From Patescibacteria group bacterium UBA1406 (GTDB taxonomy: Bacteria; Patescibacteriota; Microgenomatia; UBA1406): a stretch of 64,000 nucleotides of DNA. The translations under genes and the position numbers were made by a program. The notes below the pieces were generated by a model. That model was given only the letters and a program-made list of their open reading frames with translations, was not told the DNA's origin and did no database searches. The stretch is taken from NCBI GenBank assembly GCA_002305675.1, contig DBQA01000007.1:302653-366652 (forward strand). The letters are read 5' to 3'. Below are positions 60,292 to 64,000 of this stretch, piece by piece (within the stretch, counting starts at the first letter, position 1; the number at the start of each line of letters is the position of its first letter).

Positions 60292-61179
60292 ATGGTCCTG
60301 TCCGTCATTGTTGTTTCCTTCAATTCCAAGGACATCCTGAAAAAAAGCCTGGCCTATCTGGAATCAAGACTTAAGGAGAATTTTCCCTCTCCGGCAGATT
60401 ATGAAGTGATCGTGGTGGACAACGCTTCCTCTGATGGGGTTAGGGAATGGCTGTCCGGGAGAGAGGGCGTCAAAATCGCTCTATTAAAAGAGAATGTTGG
60501 TTTCGGACGGGCCAACAACGTCGGCCTTGAGCTCGCCTCCGGCGAGTTCGTGCTTTTTCTCAATTCCGACGTCTATCTTGAGGAGAACATCGATTTTCAG
60601 GAGTTGACGGAATTTTTAAGGAAGGATGACCGGCGGGGAGCCTTGGCTATCAAACTTCATCTCGGTAACCAGAAGCTGGACCCGGCCTGCCACCGGGGGT
60701 TTCCCACCCCCTGGAATGCTTTTGCCTACTTCAGCGGTCTGGAAAAAATGAGCAGGCGGACCTTTCTGAAAAGGTATTTCGGAGGCTACCACCTGACGCA
60801 TATGGATCTGGATTCGATCCACGAGATAGACTGCCCGAGCGCTGCCTTCTTCCTGGCCAAACGTAAAATAATCGATCATATCGGCGGCTTTGACCCGGAT
60901 TACTTTTTCTATGCGGAGGACATTGACCTCTGCTACCGGATAAAAGCCTTAGGCTACTCGATCTGGTTCTATCCCAGGTACTTCGCTAGGCACCTGAAGT
61001 ACCAGAGCGGGCAGAAAAGCAGCCGGAAAGAGGTGAAGCGGGCGACCCGCGAACAGTTCTTCACCTCCATGCTGATGTTTTATGAAAAGCGCTACCTAAA
61101 GAGGTACCCGTGGCTGGTGAACCAGATGGTGAAGGCCGGCGTGAGAGGCCTTTTAGCCGTTAACCGCCTGCTGGTATGA
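60292..61179 (+). CDS. Glycosyltransferase family 2
   Basis: SVIVVSFNS...VVDNASSDG...FGRANNVG...LNSDV motifs. Start at MVLSVIVV. Confidence 0.8.
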   Translation: MVLSVIVVSFNSKDILKKSLAYLESRLKENFPSPADYEVIVVDNASSDGVREWLSGREGVKIALLKENVGFGRANNVGLELASGEFVLFLNSDVYLEENIDFQELTEFLRKDDRRGALAIKLHLGNQKLDPACHRGFPTPWNAFAYFSGLEKMSRRTFLKRYFGGYHLTHMDLDSIHEIDCPSAAFFLAKRKIIDHIGGFDPDYFFYAEDIDLCYRIKALGYSIWFYPRYFARHLKYQSGQKSSRKEVKRATREQFFTSMLMFYEKRYLKRYPWLVNQMVKAGVRGLLAVNRLLV

Positions 61180-62258
61180 GGATAGCCATTGACGGGCGCC
61201 TTTGGAGTCAGGGGGGTGTGGGGAGGTACATCAGGAATCTGGTATGGAACATTGGAGAGCTTGATAAAAAAAACGAATACACCCTGTTCGTGCCAGATTC
61301 TCATAAATTCCAAATTCCAAAATCCAAATTTCAAACAAATTTCAAAGTTCAAAAAACTAAGGCCGGATGGCATAATCTGGAAGAGCAGACGGGTTTCCGG
61401 CACGAACTGGACAAGGGAAGGTTCGACCTTGTCCATTTTCCCTACTTTTCCCATCCCGTTCTCTACAACCGCCCCTTCGTCATCACTATCCACGACCTGA
61501 CCATCCTTAAGTATGCTACCGGCAAGGCCACTACCAGGCATTATCTCGTCTACCTTTTCAAAAGGCTTGGGTACCGGGCAGTGCTGAGGCACGGGATATC
61601 CCGGTCCAGGCGGATCATTGTCCCGACCCGGGCGGTCAAGGAGGATATACTGGCGGAGTTTGACCTGTCGGAGGACAAGATCAGCGTTACCTACGAGGGG
61701 ATCGGCCGGGAATTTGGCGGATCCCATCCCGGACCAAAGGAGCGACTCATCCTTTATGTGGGTAACTTCTATCCGCATAAGAACGTGGAGTTTTTGCTCA
61801 GGGCATTCGGCTCTCTGTCCCGGCAGGATTACCGGCTCGTATTGTGCGGGCCGGAAGACTATTTCACCGGCCGCATCAAGGCCCATATCAACGGTCTCAA
61901 GCTTGATGACAGGGTGAAACTGGTGCTCAGGCCTAAGGACAATGAGTTGAACAACTACTATCGTCGGGCGAAAGTTCTGGTGCTGCCGTCCCTATTTGAG
62001 GGCTTCGGCCTGCCGGTGGTGGAGGGAGCCCACTTCGGCTGCCTGCTGGTGCTGTCCGACATCCCCGTCTTCAGGGAGATTGCGCCCCCAGGGGCCCTGT
62101 TCTTCGATCCTCAGACGGAGGCCGATCTCGGAGAAAAGCTTGTGCAGGCCATGGAAACAGACCGGGCATTAAAGGCCGACCGGGAGTATTTCGGCCGGTT
62201 TTCCTTCCGGAAAATGGCGGAAGAGACAATAAAGATTTACCGGGAGGCCGCCCTATGA
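61176..62258 (+). CDS. Glycosyltransferase family 4
   Basis: GT-B type. C-terminal EGFGLPVVEGAHFGCLLVLSD (E-x7-E region). 4-nt overlap with the upstream gene. Confidence 0.75.
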   Translation: MRIAIDGRLWSQGGVGRYIRNLVWNIGELDKKNEYTLFVPDSHKFQIPKSKFQTNFKVQKTKAGWHNLEEQTGFRHELDKGRFDLVHFPYFSHPVLYNRPFVITIHDLTILKYATGKATTRHYLVYLFKRLGYRAVLRHGISRSRRIIVPTRAVKEDILAEFDLSEDKISVTYEGIGREFGGSHPGPKERLILYVGNFYPHKNVEFLLRAFGSLSRQDYRLVLCGPEDYFTGRIKAHINGLKLDDRVKLVLRPKDNELNNYYRRAKVLVLPSLFEGFGLPVVEGAHFGCLLVLSDIPVFREIAPPGALFFDPQTEADLGEKLVQAMETDRALKADREYFGRFSFRKMAEETIKIYREAAL

Positions 62259-63343
62259 AAAGAACGGCCATCCTCTACGATTGGATAGATAAATGGGGAG
62301 GAGCCGAAAGGATACTGATCACCCTTTTCGAGGCTTTTCCCAAGGCGGATATCTACACGCTGTACACGGATTTTGGGAAAGCCGGCTGGGCCAAACCATA
62401 TGCCGGCCGCATCAAGACCACTTTTTTACAGGGAGTGCACGGGCGGATTCCCCTGAAACCCATAAAGACGCCCTTAATGCCCTATGCCGCTGAGTCCCTG
62501 GATCTGACAGGATATGATTCGGTTTTGTCGGTATCCTCATCCTTCGTTAAAGGGGTATTGACCAGGCCGGAGACAAACCATGTCAGTTATCTGTTTTCCC
62601 CCACCCGGCATCTCTGGCACGAAAAAAGACACTACTTCAGCCGCTCACCGTTCTTTTCTCCCATGACGGCCTTCCTGAGGGAATGGGATTATATAGCTGC
62701 CCAAAGGCCCGACCGGCTATTGACCTTGAGCCGGTACGGCCAGGACCTGGTGCGCAAGATCTACCGCCGCAACAGCGATCTCCTGGCCCCACCCTTTGAC
62801 ACAGCTTATTTTGCCAGGCTGAAAAAACAGGCCAAAAGACCGCGCGGCCTCCCTGCCCATTACTATCTGTTCGTAGGGCGGCTAGAGCCGTACAAAAAGG
62901 TGGACCTACTGCTTAATGTGTTCAGGGGACGGCCGCAGGACAACCTGGTAGTGGTCGGCGAAGGGAGCCGGAAAAGGACACTGGAGAGTCAGGCGAAAAA
63001 CATGAGAAACGTTTCTTTTCTGGGCGAAGTGGGCGAAGAGGAGCTTGCCTATATTTACCAGAAAGCCAAGGGAGCCCTGATGCCCCAGAGCGAGGATTTC
63101 GGCTACACGGCGCTCGAAAGCCTTTATTTCGGCACACCCGTCGTCTGCTATGCCGGAAGCGGAGCGGCGGAACTGATCAGCGAGGGAGTGAACGGCCTGC
63201 TGTTCGAAGAGCAGACGGAACAGGCGATGGCAGAAGCGCTTGAGAAAACTCATACACTATCATACAATGGTCAGCATAAGCTCTGGGAAAATTATTCGGT
63301 GGACAACTTTTTGGCGGCTTTGCGAAAATATATAAAGTTATAA
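62255..63343 (+). CDS. Glycosyltransferase family 4
   Basis: EDFGYTALESLYFGTPVV motif and GRLEPYKKVD. 4-nt overlap with the upstream gene. Confidence 0.7.
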   Translation: MKRTAILYDWIDKWGGAERILITLFEAFPKADIYTLYTDFGKAGWAKPYAGRIKTTFLQGVHGRIPLKPIKTPLMPYAAESLDLTGYDSVLSVSSSFVKGVLTRPETNHVSYLFSPTRHLWHEKRHYFSRSPFFSPMTAFLREWDYIAAQRPDRLLTLSRYGQDLVRKIYRRNSDLLAPPFDTAYFARLKKQAKRPRGLPAHYYLFVGRLEPYKKVDLLLNVFRGRPQDNLVVVGEGSRKRTLESQAKNMRNVSFLGEVGEEELAYIYQKAKGALMPQSEDFGYTALESLYFGTPVVCYAGSGAAELISEGVNGLLFEEQTEQAMAEALEKTHTLSYNGQHKLWENYSVDNFLAALRKYIKL

Positions 63344-63361
63344 CAAGTTAAATCAAATCCT

Positions 63362-64000
63362 ATGAAAGCCATCATCTTTGCCGGCGGCGCAGGTACCAGA
63401 CTGTGGCCTTTATCCAGGAAGAACTCCCCTAAACAGTTTGGCCGGATTTTCAATGGCAAATCCACCCTGCAGCTCGCCGTGGAGAGGGTCGAGAACGAAT
63501 TCGGCATCGAGAATATTTATGTCAGCACCAATGAGGCCTATGTTTCCATTGTCAAGGAACAGCTGCCCCAAGTGCCTATCGTCAACATCATCGCCGAGCC
63601 GGAAAAGAGGGATGTGGCCCCGGCCATCGGCTTCAATTTCATCAACTTGAGAAAAGGGGGCTATAAAGGGCCCATAGCCATTCTGTGGGCCGACCACCTG
63701 ATGAAGCGGCCGACAGACTTTTTGTGGGCCTTGAGGGAAGGAGAGAAACAGGTCAAGAAAGATCCGGAAAAATTCGTGTTACTGGCCGAAAGGCCGAGGT
63801 ATGCCGAGAACAACCTGGGTTGGATCCATATCGGCAAAGACATTGGCGACCGGGTTTACGAATTCAAAGGTTGGAAGTACCGGCCGCCCTTGGCGGAATG
63901 CAAGAAGATGTATGCGTCGGGAGAATGGTTCTGGAATCCGGGCTACTGGGTAGTGGACCTGGATTTCACGCTGTCTTTGTACAAGAAATATGTGCCTGGT
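63362..64000 (+). CDS. Mannose-1-phosphate guanylyltransferase-like nucleotidyltransferase (3' end outside window)
   Basis: Hand-translated from ATG 63362: MKAIIFAGGAGTRLWPLSRKNSPKQF..., the GxGTRLWPLS sugar-nucleotidyltransferase motif. The frame is open to the window end and absent from the ORF track. Confidence 0.75.
   Translation, partial: MKAIIFAGGAGTRLWPLSRKNSPKQFGRIFNGKSTLQLAVERVENEFGIENIYVSTNEAYVSIVKEQLPQVPIVNIIAEPEKRDVAPAIGFNFINLRKGGYKGPIAILWADHLMKRPTDFLWALREGEKQVKKDPEKFVLLAERPRYAENNLGWIHIGKDIGDRVYEFKGWKYRPPLAECKKMYASGEWFWNPGYWVVDLDFTLSLYKKYVPG

Noticed and set aside
61092-61886. 264-aa minus-strand ORF.
   Set aside because: It is antisense to the GT4 glycosyltransferase (61176-62258), whose E-x7-E region and operon overlaps support the plus strand.

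Overview
This 64-kb window comes from a moderately GC-rich bacterial genome. The gene content suggests an uncultivated small-genome lineage such as CPR/Patescibacteria: a ProRS without the INS domain, a DUF5652-like membrane protein, RRM proteins, many apparently leaderless genes and giant repeat surface proteins. That placement is inference only. All calls rest on reading the supplied translations and DNA by eye; no searches were run, and start codons are often uncertain.

Left flank (1-28 kb):
- Housekeeping genes: YjeF-C fragment, DEDD exonuclease, acylphosphatase, tRNA-Lys(CTT), murI, mltG, typA, aldo/keto reductase, flavodoxin, NUDIX.
- Three tandem paralogous secreted repeat proteins, one carrying an LPMTG sortase signal.
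- A PAS-GAF-PAS histidine kinase with an OmpR-type and a CheY-type regulator.
- Two RRM RNA-binding proteins.
- An 803-aa membrane-anchored protein with three phage-tail-collar-like modules rich in HxH motifs.

Centre (about 29.1-55.2 kb): a visibly AT-richer, roughly 26-kb composite island. It ends at tRNA-Asn(GTT), next to a large serine recombinase whose ORF terminates inside the tRNA gene. Its cargo is modular:
- A tandem VOC/PhnB-like protein.
- An ArsR / thioredoxin-like / permease cassette.
- A CIRCE-controlled hsp20 with a GldA/F/G-like ABC transporter, a DUF4340-like protein and HtrA.
- The most interesting locus (39.4-49.0 kb): an excisionase-type HTH gene tightly packed with a Type III-like Res helicase-nuclease and a beta-class Mod methyltransferase. 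A terminator follows, then a 1593-aa protein with a predicted PD-(D/E)xK nuclease, a STAND-type P-loop NTPase and a very long helical region (Avs-like architecture).
- A block of small phage-like genes.
Short homologous gene remnants flank two of the cargo modules as direct repeats.

Right flank (55.3-64 kb): UDG family 4, proS, a lexA-like/Y-family polymerase operon with a GAAC-N4-GTTC SOS box inside a consensus promoter, a NudC-like NUDIX, and a GT2/GT4/GT4/ManC glycosylation cluster.
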